DNA of 64,000 nt from Octopus sinensis (lineage: Eukaryota). The first letter of the stretch is position 1, and every line of letters begins with the position of its first letter. The notes below the pieces were generated by a model. The model saw only the letters and a program-made list of their open reading frames with translations, was not told the origin of the DNA and ran no database searches. This document shows, piece by piece, positions 15,582 through 28,784 of this stretch. The stretch lies in NCBI RefSeq assembly GCF_006345805.1, contig NC_043020.1:24862001-24926000 (forward strand), written 5' to 3'. The translations under genes were made by a program, and so were the position numbers.

Positions 15582-16776
15582 CACACACACACACATACAT
15601 AGATTTATATTATATATATATATCATGTATATATATATATAATATATATATATAGATGTATATATATATATATACACACACATACATAGATGTATATATA
15701 TATATTTATCTATATACATAAATGTATACATATACACACATATACACTTATTTGTTCACTACTGAATATTATCTATCGTTTTGTACATAATATATACATG
15801 TATATGTTAATATATTCAATAGTTTTCTAATGAAAACTATTAAACACTCAATACTTTTGAGATGAACTCAATACTTTTTGTAAAATACATATTTATTATT
15901 GAAGAGGATTGATTGTAACTTCGCAGTTTCGGCCTGCGACCCTCCATCGGTCTTTTCATATACATATATGAGCACAAACACATCACATGTTTAGACAGAT
16001 AGACAGATAGATGGCGATAGACAGACATAGACAAAGATAGATGTTTATATTTTTTCCGCATTATTTCGATATCTCTATTTTCTAACTTGAGTTGCAACGG
16101 AAAGAAATATGCTTACACACACACATATATGCGAATGTATATATACATTCACAAACTTGTATCCAAATTTATACATACATGCACTAGTGTATATATATAT
16201 ATATATATATATTATACATATATATTAATATTTCCAAAGTCCCATTACGCAAGTAATTCATCCTTTGTCGTTCTTTCATCAGACACACACCACACACACA
16301 CACACGCACGCACGTAGATGTAAGACCAAACATACTCATAAGGACACATTGTACAGCAATCCGCACTCACACAATAACACGATGAAACGTTTACACACAA
16401 AAGTGTTGTGGTCAACCGACAGCCTAGAAATAGCAGCCAAATCTCCTTCAAGTCGCATTCCTATCACTTAAAAGGAAGGCTATTGTTTCATTAATAACTC
16501 AACTTGAAGAAACATAAATAGCTGGGATGGTCGCGGTTGGAATACCTATTCTCATAAATCGGCTCCGTCAGGGCTTGTTCCGAAGTAAATAACACAACGT
16601 GTGTGTGTATGTGAGTACACACAAACACGTGGACACCCACATATTTGTCATACGCACACATACACTGAAGAAGTAAGCTCCATCGCTGGCGACGATGACT
16701 TGGTTCGATCAAATGAACTACGTACGCGCAGAATGAAGCTTTAACTGTCCGAGTATTCTGCAGTTCCATATATACA

Positions 16777-16808
<32 letters not shown>

Positions 16809-16923
16809 GTAGCAGAATCTTTGGGAATTACGGCTGTACCCTCTCCGAAGTACCCGTTTACCAAATTCTACAAATCGAGTTCGAATCTACACAAGGATAT
16901 TGCAAAAAAAAAAATGTCTAAAA

Positions 16924-16994
16924 TGCCGCGAGGTGCAATCGAACTCACGACCTCATACGTGCGATGCAATATACTTAACGATTCAGCCATGCCA
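16924..16994 (-). pseudogene. tRNA-Ala(CGC)-like degenerate sequence (tRNA pseudogene or SINE head)
   Basis: TGCATCGCACGTATGAGGTC..GAGTTCGA resembles the eukaryotic tRNA-Ala(CGC) anticodon and variable arm; stems pair poorly; a T run follows. Confidence 0.45.
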
Positions 16995-17033
16995 GTATGG
17001 TGAAGTTCATTAATAGTTACAAATACAGAACAT

Positions 17034-17069
<36 letters not shown>

Positions 17070-17076
<7 letters not shown>

Positions 17077-17649
17077 CAAAGGTAGCTGTGTGGTAAATTT
17101 ATTTCCCAAACACATGGTTCCGAGTTCGGTGCCACTGCGTGGCACCTTCCGCGAGAGTTTCTATAGCTTAGGCCGACCAAAGCCTTGTGATTGGAACTGG
17201 TAGAGACGGAAACAGAAAGATGCCCGTCGTGTATATATATGTGTGTGTCCGTCTCACCGCCGTTTGAAAACCGGTGTGGTGGGTTTACACCCCCGTAACT
17301 TAGCGGTTCGGCCAGAGAGTCCGATAGAATAAGCACCAGGCTCCAAACAAATTCTGACATTAAAAAATTTGTTCCACTAAAATTCTTCAATGCGGTGCCC
17401 CGGCATGATCGCAGCCTAACGGCTGAAATGCGCGGTGTTTATGTGTGTATATATATGGCACGCGCAGGCAAGAAGCTTCCTCCCCAACCATATGGATCCA
17501 GGTTCAGTCCCATTGCGTGGCACTTTGGGCAAGTGTCTTCTACTATAGCTTCGGGCCGACCAAAGCCTTGTCAGTGGATTTGGTAGACGGAAACTGAAAG
17601 AAGCCCGTTCTATGTGTGTGTAATATATATTATATATTATATATATATA

Positions 17650-17692
<43 letters not shown>

Positions 17693-17905
17693 GTGTGTGT
17701 GTGTGTGTGTGTTCCTTCACTATCACTCGACAACCGATATTGATGTGTTTACATCCCCGTAACATAGCGGTTAGGCAAAAGAGACCGATAGAATAAATAC
17801 CAAGTTTACAAAGAATAAGTCGTGGGGTCGATTTGTTCGACTAAAATGTTGTGCACCAGCATGGCTGCAGTCAAATGACTGATAAAAATAAAAAAATAAA
17901 AAAGA
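17070..17905 (+). mobile_element. Two tandem SINE family B copies
   Basis: Heads at ~17075 and ~17455, each with GGCCGACCAAAGCCTTGT..GGTAGA..GAAAC and ..TAGCGG.T.GGC. Confidence 0.85.
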
Positions 17906-18214
17906 ATATATATCCATTTATACAAAGTATTCTTCCGTTCTTACAAACCTTGAGTGCGGCGAACAAGATGCGTCGCTGATATTTCTTCTGATTCTATCTA
18001 TAGGTTCTGAGTTCAAATTCCACCGACGTCGACTACGTCTTTGATACTTTCGGAATCGATCAAATATAGTACCAATCAAATACTTGGATCAATGTAACAG
18101 GCTTACCCCACCCCTCAAATCAAAATTGCAGGCTTTGTGAGAAAAATTAAAAGAATATGTAATTTGATATTGAGGACTATAACGTTATATATATATATTG
18201 AGGGATATATTGCG

Positions 18215-18738
18215 ATGGGAATCTGTAGTCAGAGTTATATTTCCCAATCACATGATTCTGGGTTCGGCACCACAGCGTGGCCTCTTGAGAAAATGTTTTC
18301 TACGGTAGCCTCGGGTCAGCCTTGTGAGTGGATTTGGTAGATGGAAACTAAAGATGCCCGTCATATATACAAGGTGATTCAAGTCACCATACATAGGAAC
18401 AATTTATCTTTTTTATAAGAAACGGTTTATAAGAACAGTTTTTTCTTTTATTTAACAGGCTCTTAAATGGTTACCATCGTTTTGAATACACATTGCAATA
18501 CGTTTACCCCATTCATTGTGAACTCGTAATTGCACATCTGGTGCAAAGGAGTTGGTGATGCGTTCCTTCGAATGATTTATGTCTTTTATCTTTCCGCGAT
18601 GCACCATGCCTTTCAAATGACCCCAAAGATGCAAATCACGAGGGGTCAGATCAGGGGATCTTATAAGCTGTTACTTATAAAAAAAATAATTTGTCCTATG
18701 TATGGAGACTTTTGAAATATCCTCTCTCTCTCTCTCTA

Positions 18739-18799
<61 letters not shown>

Positions 18800-18995
18800 C
18801 ATATATATATACACGTGTGTGCGCGTACCACTGGTTGACGATCGATGCTGGTGTGTTTCCGCTATCGTAGCTTAGCGGTTCGGCAAAACTAATTCGATAG
18901 AATAAATACCAGGCTTCTAAAAAATTCGTTGTATCAATTCATTCGGCTGCCCCAGTCTGGCCGCGATCTGATGGTTGAACTAAGTAAAAGAATAT
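18215..18995 (+). mobile_element. SINE family B interrupted by the mariner derivative
   Basis: 5' half 18215-18362; 3' half resumes at ~18830 (GATGCTGGTGTGTTTC..CTTAGCGGTTCGGCAAAA). Confidence 0.75.
18370..18723 (-). mobile_element. Tc1/mariner internal-deletion derivative retaining the transposase C-terminus
   Basis: ~50-bp imperfect TIRs (..AGTC(A/T)CCATACATAGGA.....TA.TTTTTATAAG), TA at the left end, RSPDLTP.D.HLWGHLK...RI...W.KRI..CI...G.H motif. Confidence 0.85.
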
Positions 18996-19641
18996 ATCGT
19001 TTCAGCCATTAGACTGCGGCCATGCGGAGGCAATGTAGTTTGATATGGAGGAAGATATTTTACTAACTAGAGCGGCATATTGGGATCTATTTTTATATGG
19101 AGGGATATATTTAAAAATCAATCAATCACTGCCTACCTCGCTATTTATCAATCATTACCTGTCGATCTGGCCATCTACCTGTCTGGCCTTTCGCCCAATA
19201 ATCTAGTTAAATCGCCATCACTCACTGTTTTTCTGTCTCTAACGAACACACACACACACATAAATACACGCGTGCGCACGCACACACTCACACAAACATG
19301 CATGCACGAAAACACACACACATACAAGCACAAACTCATGTTCGCACACACACGCACACACACACTCATGTTCGCGCGCACACACACACACTCATGTTCG
19401 CGCGCACACACACACACACACACATATATATACACACAAACATCCATAAACATGCACACACACATATATAAACGCACAAGCATATCCACACATATACACA
19501 AACGCACACACGCTCTATGACCGAGTGTTTAATAAGTGATCTCTATACACACAGAGGAATGTATGCGTGTCTATATCATATATATAATCGCCTAAGAAGA
19601 TTTGGTGACGTACACATAATATCTGTATGTGACAATATCGC

Positions 19642-19682
<41 letters not shown>

Positions 19683-20152
19683 GTACGTCTCTGTGTGTGT
19701 ATTTGTGTGTGTATGCGTGAACAAGTTCATAACTTGACAATTGTCTTCACTAATGCTCACTATAAAAGCAATTGTAGCGAATCGATAAATCAATCAATCA
19801 GCATATCAATGAATATATGTATCGATCAAACAATAGTTTGACTCGAATCAAAAGAGCGACAAAAAGAGAGAGAGAGAGAGAGAATGTCTGAATGCATGCG
19901 GCCATGGTTAATTCCGTTATTATGCTATAGAACCCACGGTATACGGCAGTCGAATATATGCACCCGCACCGGTGTATATACAGAGCTGGTCATTGCCCCT
20001 ACACACACCCCACTAATATATTACCGATGTTAAATAAGACAGTGACCTCTCTCCTTCACACACACACACACACAAATGTGTGTATGTGTGTGTGCATATT
20101 TTTATGATATATATAAGTGCATATTGTAATATAGATGTAATCACATTATGGC

Positions 20153-20190
<38 letters not shown>

Positions 20191-20322
20191 ATGATTTATA
20201 TCATATTTATATTATGTTTGATATTTATACACACGTGTATACACAGATGGACAATCACACAAACACACAGTGTTTATGTGTGCGAGTATATATATATATA
20301 TAGCTATAGATAGACAGATAGC

Positions 20323-20368
<46 letters not shown>

Positions 20369-20991
20369 CTCACACACGGCATGTTATGTAAATCAATGAA
20401 TTTAATATATCTTAAAGTGTGAAACTGTTAGCTCTTTTCCAATAGTGTAAATTAAATGTGATTTTATATATGTGTGTGTGTGTGTGTGTGTGTACACATT
20501 ACATCTATTTGTCTGAAATATATACAGACGTTTCTTAGATGTACGTTACTTAATTTGTTTCGGTTGTTCAAGGAAATTTCATAGAGTTTCATCCAGAAAC
20601 TCTACCCTAATTTCTCTGCTGATCTTTCCCCACATACGGCATAATTGCCATAATTCTTGGGACCCTACACATTCCTTGACAGACCTCACAAAAACAAAAA
20701 AACTCAACTGATTAGATAACTTTCAATAAATGAACCCACGTGTATTACTGTTATGAAGTTGAATTAGCCAGGCGCCGTTGCTGTTTCTAAAACTAGAAAC
20801 ACTCTAGAAAAACTAAATAATTCTCACTCAAATTATGCTTTATAAGCTATGAGCTCTATAGATTAAAAAGTGCTGTCTATGTTTGGGACAGTTGGGCTGG
20901 TCACAAATGGATCTCATTTGATCATTGAGGATTAACATGGTTTAACAACAATATAACTGATAGATATATTTTGTGTATATACTAGTATTTG

Positions 20992-21042
<51 letters not shown>

Positions 21043-21811
21043 CAAATATATACGTCCATGATATGTATAACATATACAGATATATAAGTGTATTTATGTA
21101 TGTATGTATGTGTACATATATACATACACACACAGAATGGCCACAGTCTAATGAGTGAAACTATATATATATATTATTTGTATATATACACATATACATT
21201 ATATTTTTACATATAAATAGTCAGATTTTAAAAATTCTGGTTTGCACACGCATAGATATTCAATAGCGATGTTTTGTGTGTGTGTGTGTACGATTATTAA
21301 ATGAATACATATACGTACAGCATTTTAATGTGCATAAATACAATGTTATTTAGTATGTATATAATTATACATATATTTTATAGAATATATGTGTGTATGT
21401 ATTAGGCTTGACTAAAGTCACACACACAGTTACTTAATAGTTATACTACATTTTGTATATGACTAAACCGTTATTTAGTATGTAAGCACACATACACACA
21501 CAAAATCCGGTGTGTACGAGAACATATCAGTTGCTAGAAACAGCAGCTGAAGTTTTTAACTTTTGTATTTTCAAATAGGGAAGAACTCGTAATTCTAGTA
21601 ACACTATGAGTTATAAATCTACGGGATAGTCATAATTGGAAAGCTATTTGATAAAGTCTACTGGATCCGAAGGTGAAACATCAACAATTGGTCGTAACTT
21701 TCGTTGGAATAATTCTTCATTTATTTCTTTCACCAATTTTCGAAAAGGGAGGCGCATTTTTGACTCGTTATCCCCACCCGGAATCGAACGTTAGAAGACA
21801 TGACAACAATA

Positions 21812-22025
21812 CAGTAATCTCTCGATTATCGCAGGTGTTATGTTCCAAAAGTCCAGGCGATAGGTGAAAATCCGTGAAGTACAAACAGTACTGTATTTTA
21901 TTATTATTTTTATAGTTTGTATATTTTTATTTTATCATAAATGCAAAACACCACAACGGAGAAATCGACGTAAGCTTAAGTGATAAACTGCGACAGGTGA
22001 ACAGTGATATGGCGACGGGTTGCTG
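21812..22025. mobile_element. pogo/Tigger-type MITE
   Basis: Left TA|CAGTAATCTCTCGATTATCGC; the right end reverse-complements to CAGCAACCCGTCGCCATATCAC. Confidence 0.7.
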
Positions 22026-22160
22026 TGTATGAAATTGCCCTTGAATTTAGATGGCCGTTTGATCGATTCGATCCAGTCACTGCGACGTTCGTAGTCTGAA
22101 TTCTATCAAACTAATACCACTACCAGCACCACTAACAACAACAACAAAAGTGAAAATGAA

Positions 22161-22330
22161 GACCTAGTGGTTACGGTGTTGCACTGTTATGGTCGCAGTT
22201 TCGATCCGCGGACCGGGTAGTGCGTTTTGTCTTCGAGCGAAGTACTTCATTGCACCTCTCAGCCGCAAATGAGTAAAAGACCCACGATGGACTAGCGTCC
22301 CATCCATGGGAAGTGTTATGATCTCGTTCA
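22161..22330 (+). mobile_element. tRNA-derived SINE with a Deu/Nin-like central domain
   Basis: Degenerate A and B boxes followed by GATGGACTAGCGTCCCATCCA.GG. Confidence 0.45.
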
Positions 22331-22452
22331 CTTGTATGTCATGGATAGTGAGTAACAGGATTTATGAGTCCCACGACTAGAACCGGTAACCGTCAGGGGT
22401 TGGTGATGATGATGATGATGTAGGGTAGGATCGATAAAAATCGATATCAGTA

Positions 22453-22854
22453 TATTCTTTTCTACTCTAGGCACAAGGCCTGAAATTTCGGGGGAGGGGG
22501 GGCAGTCGATTAGAACGATCTCAATACGCAACTCGAACTTAATTTATCGACCCCGAAAGGATGAAAGGCAAAGTTGACCTCGGCGGAATTTGAACTCAGA
22601 ACGCAAAGACAGACGCAATACCTATTTCTTTACTACCCTTAAGGGGCTAAACACAGAGAGGACAAACAAGGACAGACAAACGGATTAAGTCGATTATATC
22701 GACCCAGTGCGTAACTGGTACTTAATTTATCGACCCCGAAAGGATGAAAGGCAAAGTCAACCTCGGTGGAATTTGAACTCAGAACGTAGCGACAGACGAA
22801 ATACCGCTTAGCATTTCGCACGGCGTGCTAACGTTTCTGCCAGCTCGACGCTTT
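22453..22854 (-). mobile_element. SINE family A dimer with a 12-bp TSD
   Basis: TCGATATCAGTA at 22441-22452 and 22855-22866 flanks the whole dimer. Confidence 0.92.
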
Positions 22855-24334
22855 TCGATATCAGTAGTATATTACTGGTACATAGTGTATGCTTTGAATG
22901 TTGGAAGGCAAACTCCCCACCTCCCCACTATCCGGTCCGGTGATGGGGTTTTATTCTAGTTTGTTTGCCGCACGTCCCATCGATTCTGTCTAAGATAGCC
23001 AGAATCCAGGAATTTGCGAGGAGAAAATGGTAGATTAAATCGATATCAATACTTGCTAGGTACTTTATTTCAATCGATCTCAAGCGGATGATAAAGATGA
23101 CGTGGGTGAGATTTGAACTCAGAACGTAAAGAACCGTAATAATTCAAAAATAATACTTTCCTACATAGGCACAAGGCCAACGATTTAGTATGGCAATGAA
23201 AGGAAGGGTTCGATTGACTAAACAGACGTCTGGTGCTTCGTTTTATCGATTCCTTCAAGATGGAAGCCGAAGTTAACCTCAACAGAAATTCCAACTCAGA
23301 ACGTAGCGAATCGTAATTGACTTCTTCCAGGCATTTTTTTTCGCTCGATGCTCTACCGATTCAGTGATCTCAGTAATAATGAATTCTTTAGAGAGGCATC
23401 ATAAGACCACACATTTTTGGAATGGATTTTATCGAATCAATCGTTCGCCCGCCCCAGTATGTAGCTGGTATGCATTTTCCGCGAATCTTTGGTGGATAAA
23501 ACTAAAAACCTGACGGGAGTGCGATTCGAACACAAGGAGAATCGTTAGAGAAAGAAAAAGAAATAAAAATTAACTTCCTATAAATTGTTGATCAACAAGG
23601 CTTTCATGATCAGAATTGTTCCAGTTATGCCCATCACGTCTGTTTTCTTTCTGCAGTGATCACGATTGTTAATTTGCGCACACAGACACACAAACTTTGA
23701 CGAAACATTATATGTATATTAATCATTATTTCCCCCCTTCCCCCAGTATATTGCTGGTATCTTATTGTACCAATCCCCACTCCGCAGTATTTAAAATCAA
23801 GATATTAAAGACGCGCAACAGCACAAAGGTCCGGAGCTCTACTGATTATTATATCCAATAACGATATCTTAGATAAGCACAAGCCCACAAAGCCAGTTTA
23901 ACGGTAGGCGAAGGTTCGATCTCAATACTTGGTTGTTACTTACCGAGCTAAGGAAAAGGGGTAGCTTGTATGTGATTTGTCAGCCTACTAGAAATAGCAG
24001 CCCTATCACCCCACATTGCACTCCGTACTACGTTTTAAAGAAGTGGAAAATAGTTGCAGGGAAATGATTGGACCAGTGTGCCACTAAGGACCGATGATGT
24101 GTTACATCGCAAGACTCTGGGAGGAGGCATACCTCTAAAACGAACAATTCATTTTAAGTTGAGTAGAGCCACATGAGATGAAGGTTCTCACATGAAACAC
24201 AACGCATCGTCCAGCTTTGGAATTGAACTCACGAACTTGTAATCGGTCAAAGAATTCTTTCAATCTGTAGCCTTTAATGATTTTTAAGATAAGGAGAAGA
24301 CCAAAAGTTTCGGAAACAGTCGGTCACCGGGATC

Positions 24335-25030
24335 CCCATATAGAATCGGTATTTTATCGATCCTGGAAAGATGAAAGGTAATATTGATCCCAGAGAGGGT
24401 TTAAAATCAGAATGACAAGACATGAATAATAATAATATTCAGGAATTTGTGGGGAGAGTGATAGTCTATTACATCAACCCCAATGTTCAACTGATACTTA
24501 TTTTATCGACCCCGAAAGAATGAAAGGCAAAGTCGACCTCGGCGGAATTTGAACTCAGAACGTAAAGACGGACGAAATACCGCTAAGCATTTCACCCGGC
24601 GTGCCAACGACTCAGCCAGCTGGCAGCCTTTATAATAATAATCATATTTTATAAAATTTAGGTAGAGGGCCTAGAACTTGTGGAGAAAAGAGTAGTCGAT
24701 TAGATTCCCCCCCCCCACCACCACCACCACTGCATAACTAGTACTTTATTTAATCGACCGCGAGAGCGTATAAGGTGAAGTGGACTTCGGCGAGATTTGA
24801 ACTCGAAACATGGAAAACCGGAAGAAATTATCAATGGCGTTTTCTTCGACTCTCTAACAAGTCTGCCGGTTGACAGAATGGCTTCTGATTTTTGGCACAA
24901 GGCCAGCAGTTTTTGAGGAGAAATGGGTAAATCAATTACATCGACCCCAGGACTTGACTGCTACCTTATTTATTTGACTCTAAATGAAAGAGGGATGAAA
25001 AAGAACGTTGACAATGGCAGGATTCGAACC
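24335..25030 (-). mobile_element. Cluster of SINE family A copies (3-4, variably degraded)
   Basis: Best copy 24480-24628; further partial copies at ~24335, ~24690 and ~24880. Confidence 0.75.
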
Positions 25031-25052
25031 AAGTATTTAAGCAGTCGAAGGT

Positions 25053-25432
25053 GGCGAACTGGCAGAATCGTTAGCACGCTGGGCGAAATGCTTAGCGGTA
25101 TTTCGTCTGCCGCTACATTCTGAGTTCAAATTCCGCCGAGGTCGACTTTGCCTTTCATCCTTTTGGGGTCGATTAAATAAGTACCAGTTACGCACTGGGG
25201 TCGATGTAATCGACTTAATTCGTGTGTCTGTCCCTGTTTGTCCCCTCTGTGTTTAGCCCCTTGTGGGTAGTAAAGAAATAGGTATTTCGTCCGGTTTTTC
25301 GTTCTGAGTTCAGATTCCACAAAGGTGGAATTTGTCTTTCATGCTTTCGGGAGCGACAAAATAAGTACCAGTGAAGTACAGGTAATCGACTTGACCTTCT
25401 CCTCCGAAATTGCTGGCCCTGTGCCACAACTT
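25053..25432 (+). mobile_element. SINE family A dimer
   Basis: GGCGAACTGGCAGAATCGTTAGC head; the same AAAGAAATAG|GTATTTCGTC junction at ~25281. Confidence 0.88.
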
Positions 25433-26360
25433 GTCTGCCCCTCTAACAATTCTGAATAATCGTCTTTCATTGCTACAAGGGGAGATTTTAGGAACAGGTT
25501 ACATGAAGTGTCGATGTATGCTATATACATATATTTCAAAAGGTTTAAGAAGAGAGTCGCCGTCCAAGGCCCATCAAGGGAACCACCACAGCTTCAAGAA
25601 TGGTCACCCCCTCATGTATTTGTGCCCCTTTCTATATGTCATTCCATCGGTCTACATAGTTATATATGGATGTAGGTATTTCTAAACACTTTCGCCCCAA
25701 AAGCACAATATGAGCAGAAGGAAGTACAGGACCTGCATTTTAATTTTAGTCGAGTATATTGACCCGAGCATACGAAAGGTACTTTATTTATATAAAACAC
25801 CAGAACGATAGTGTTGACCTCGGCGATATTTGAACTCACAACGGAATGGGCAGTAAAGATTTTAAAGAAATATTATTATCTAAAATGAGCACGGGTTTTT
25901 AAGTGCGATGGGTAAGGAATTATTCAATTACATCGACATTGCAAAAAATAAAAGATAACTTTGATATCAGCGAGATTGGAACTTGGATCATAAAGGACCG
26001 TAGCTAGACATCGTGCAAAGGTAGTTTGTCTAACACTTTAACGAATCCGTTAATGGTCTCGCCCAAATATGTACTGTTCTAATACTTGTTGCATGCTAAT
26101 GATCCAGGAAAATCCAAACCCCACAACATCACCGCCACCATCACCAAGAACAATATCAACACTACCAGCCACTAAAGTGACTATTATCACGAAAAGATGA
26201 AAGTCAAACAGCGCCCCCAGCTAGGATTGAACTTTAAACCGTTGATGGACAAAACTAATGAACTACGTTCTAAAATTTTCTGATGGCATTTAGTGCTAAG
26301 TTCTCTTTCCTAAGTTTTCAGCACATCACCACACACACATATTATGTATATATATACATA

Positions 26361-26399
<39 letters not shown>

Positions 26400-26409
26400 A
26401 TATATATAT

Positions 26410-26640
26410 AAGTGGTTACATAGATCTATGAATTTAATTGTAGCATTATTTTTCGGTCGCCTCCCAACAAAAAGTTTCGCCGTTTCCGGATCATCAAGCA
26501 ATGAATTAAATCCAGGTTTTCCTTTTAAATGTTAAAATCATTTAGCATTTAGCAGGAAGGCTTCCATCTGATTCATTACCTGAAGAACAGGAAATGCTCT
26601 GTGGGGGTGGCGAGCAAAGGAGATGAACTTGGAGTTGTAA
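26410..26640 (-). mobile_element. Degraded Penelope-like 3' end with a decayed hammerhead motif
   Basis: MEAFLLN..KPGFN-like C-terminus followed by TTGATGA-TCCGGAAACGGC-GAAAC-TTTTT-GTT; stem I is lost. Confidence 0.4.
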
Positions 26641-26759
26641 TGAATTGAAAAATAAACTTAATTATATACTACAATATAAAATACATTATATATATATATA
26701 TTAACACACACACACACACGCATACACACACACAAGTGTATGTGTGTATATCTTCCAAT

Positions 26760-27735
26760 AATGAAGCTGGTAGACTCGTTCGATCGTCGGACAATGTGCT
26801 TATCTGTATTTCTTTCAACTTTCTTCGTTGAAATTCACCTTTCAAAGTCGATAAAATAAAGTACCACTGAAGTACTGGGGGCCTATGGTATCGATGAAAC
26901 CCCCTCCCCTAGAATCTGCAGGTCTTGTGCTTAAACCAAAAACCATTTCCTGGCAGTGAGCTGGCGGAATCGGTTGATCGTCGGAAGTATATTACTTGGC
27001 CGCATTCGTTCTGCGTTCAAATTCTGCTGAGGTCGACTTCGTCCTTTATCCTTTCGGATCGATAAAGTACTAATTTAGTACTGGGGCCGGTGTACTCTAC
27101 TAATCTCCTCCCTTAAAATTGCTAACCTTATGCCCAAATTTGAAACTATTTAAAAATGGCAGAATAGTTAGCGCGTCGAACAAAATGCCCGGCGGCACTT
27201 TTTTCTGATCCATTACGTTCCGAGTTCAAAATACTGGGATCGATGTAACCAACTAATTCCCTTCACTCAAAGGTGCTGGCCTTGTGCTAAAATCTGAAAT
27301 TATTATTAAAGGCGGTGAGCTGGCAGAAACGTTAGCGCGCCGAGCGAAATGCTTAGCGGTATTTCGTCTGTCGTTACGTTCTGAGTTCAAATTCCGCCGA
27401 GGTCGACTTTGCCTTTCATCCTTACGGGGTCGATAAATTAAGTACTAGCTGTGTACGTGGGTCGATCTAATCGACTGGCCCCCACCCTCCCCAAAAATTT
27501 CAGGCCTTGTGCCTAGAGAAGAAAAGGTTTATTATTATTGAAGGCGGCGAGGTGGTAGAATCGTTAACACGCTGGACGAAATGCTTAGCAGTACTGAGTT
27601 CAAATTCCGCCGACGCCGACTTTGCTTTTCATCCTTTCGGGATCGATAAATTAAGTACCAGTGAAATGCTGGGGTCAGTGTAATCGATTAGCTACCTGCA
27701 CCAAAATTTCAGGCCTTGTTCCTCCAGTAGAAACG
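26760..27735 (+). mobile_element. Head-to-tail stack of ~5 SINE family A copies
   Basis: Heads at ~26765, ~26955, ~27157, 27311 and 27543; the last two follow TATTATT tails of the previous copy. Confidence 0.85.
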
Positions 27736-27844
27736 ACTGTTGTTATTTAAGTTACACAAAGTAACAACCCGCAGGGAATCACAGGTGTTTACTATACAAA
27801 TCAATTCAAACTTATTCTACATAAACTGGATGGGTGGATTTGAA

Positions 27845-27854
27845 ATTTAGTAAG

Positions 27855-27886
<32 letters not shown>

Positions 27887-28025
27887 ATATACGCTCTTAT
27901 ATACATATATATATATATACGCTCTTTATATACTATATATATATATATATAATACGCTCTTTATATACATATATATATATATACGCTCTTTATATACATA
28001 TATAATATATATATATATACGCTCT

Positions 28026-28058
<33 letters not shown>

Positions 28059-28063
28059 GCTCT

Positions 28064-28102
<39 letters not shown>

Positions 28103-28116
28103 CGCTCTTTATATAC

Positions 28117-28171
<55 letters not shown>

Positions 28172-28177
28172 GCTCTG

Positions 28178-28261
<84 letters not shown>

Positions 28262-28300
28262 GTATATATATACGCTCTTTATATACATATATATATATAT

Positions 28301-28330
<30 letters not shown>
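27845..28330. repeat. (TA)n-based minisatellite with an ACGCTCTT(T)AT core
   Basis: The core recurs about nine times, separated by variable (TA)n. Confidence 0.9.
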
Positions 28331-28331
<1 letters not shown>

Positions 28332-28737
28332 TATATATATACAAACACACACACACACGGTATAGAAACAACCTGATACCGGTTTTGTTTGATCTTATTT
28401 CGTCAACCGTTTGAAATCACTGAAAGCCGCTTAATGTGATCGCTTTAGAACGAAACCTCGACAACTTTTACCGGCTTCTAATAATGATGATAGTAATAAT
28501 AATAACCAGTTGGTCTTTATTTAAATAGAGTCTGGGAGTCACTGACTTTAAGGATAATAACTGATAATATTAGTGATTATATAAAGCGGATCCCATTATA
28601 TATATGTATATGTGGCTTTTTACACTTTTTTTGAGAGGCTGCATTGTGGAGTATATTCATAGTACATTTGTGTGTGTGAGTGAGTGTGAGTGCATATATA
28701 TATATATATACACACGTATATCCACACATACACACAC

Positions 28738-28784
<47 letters not shown>

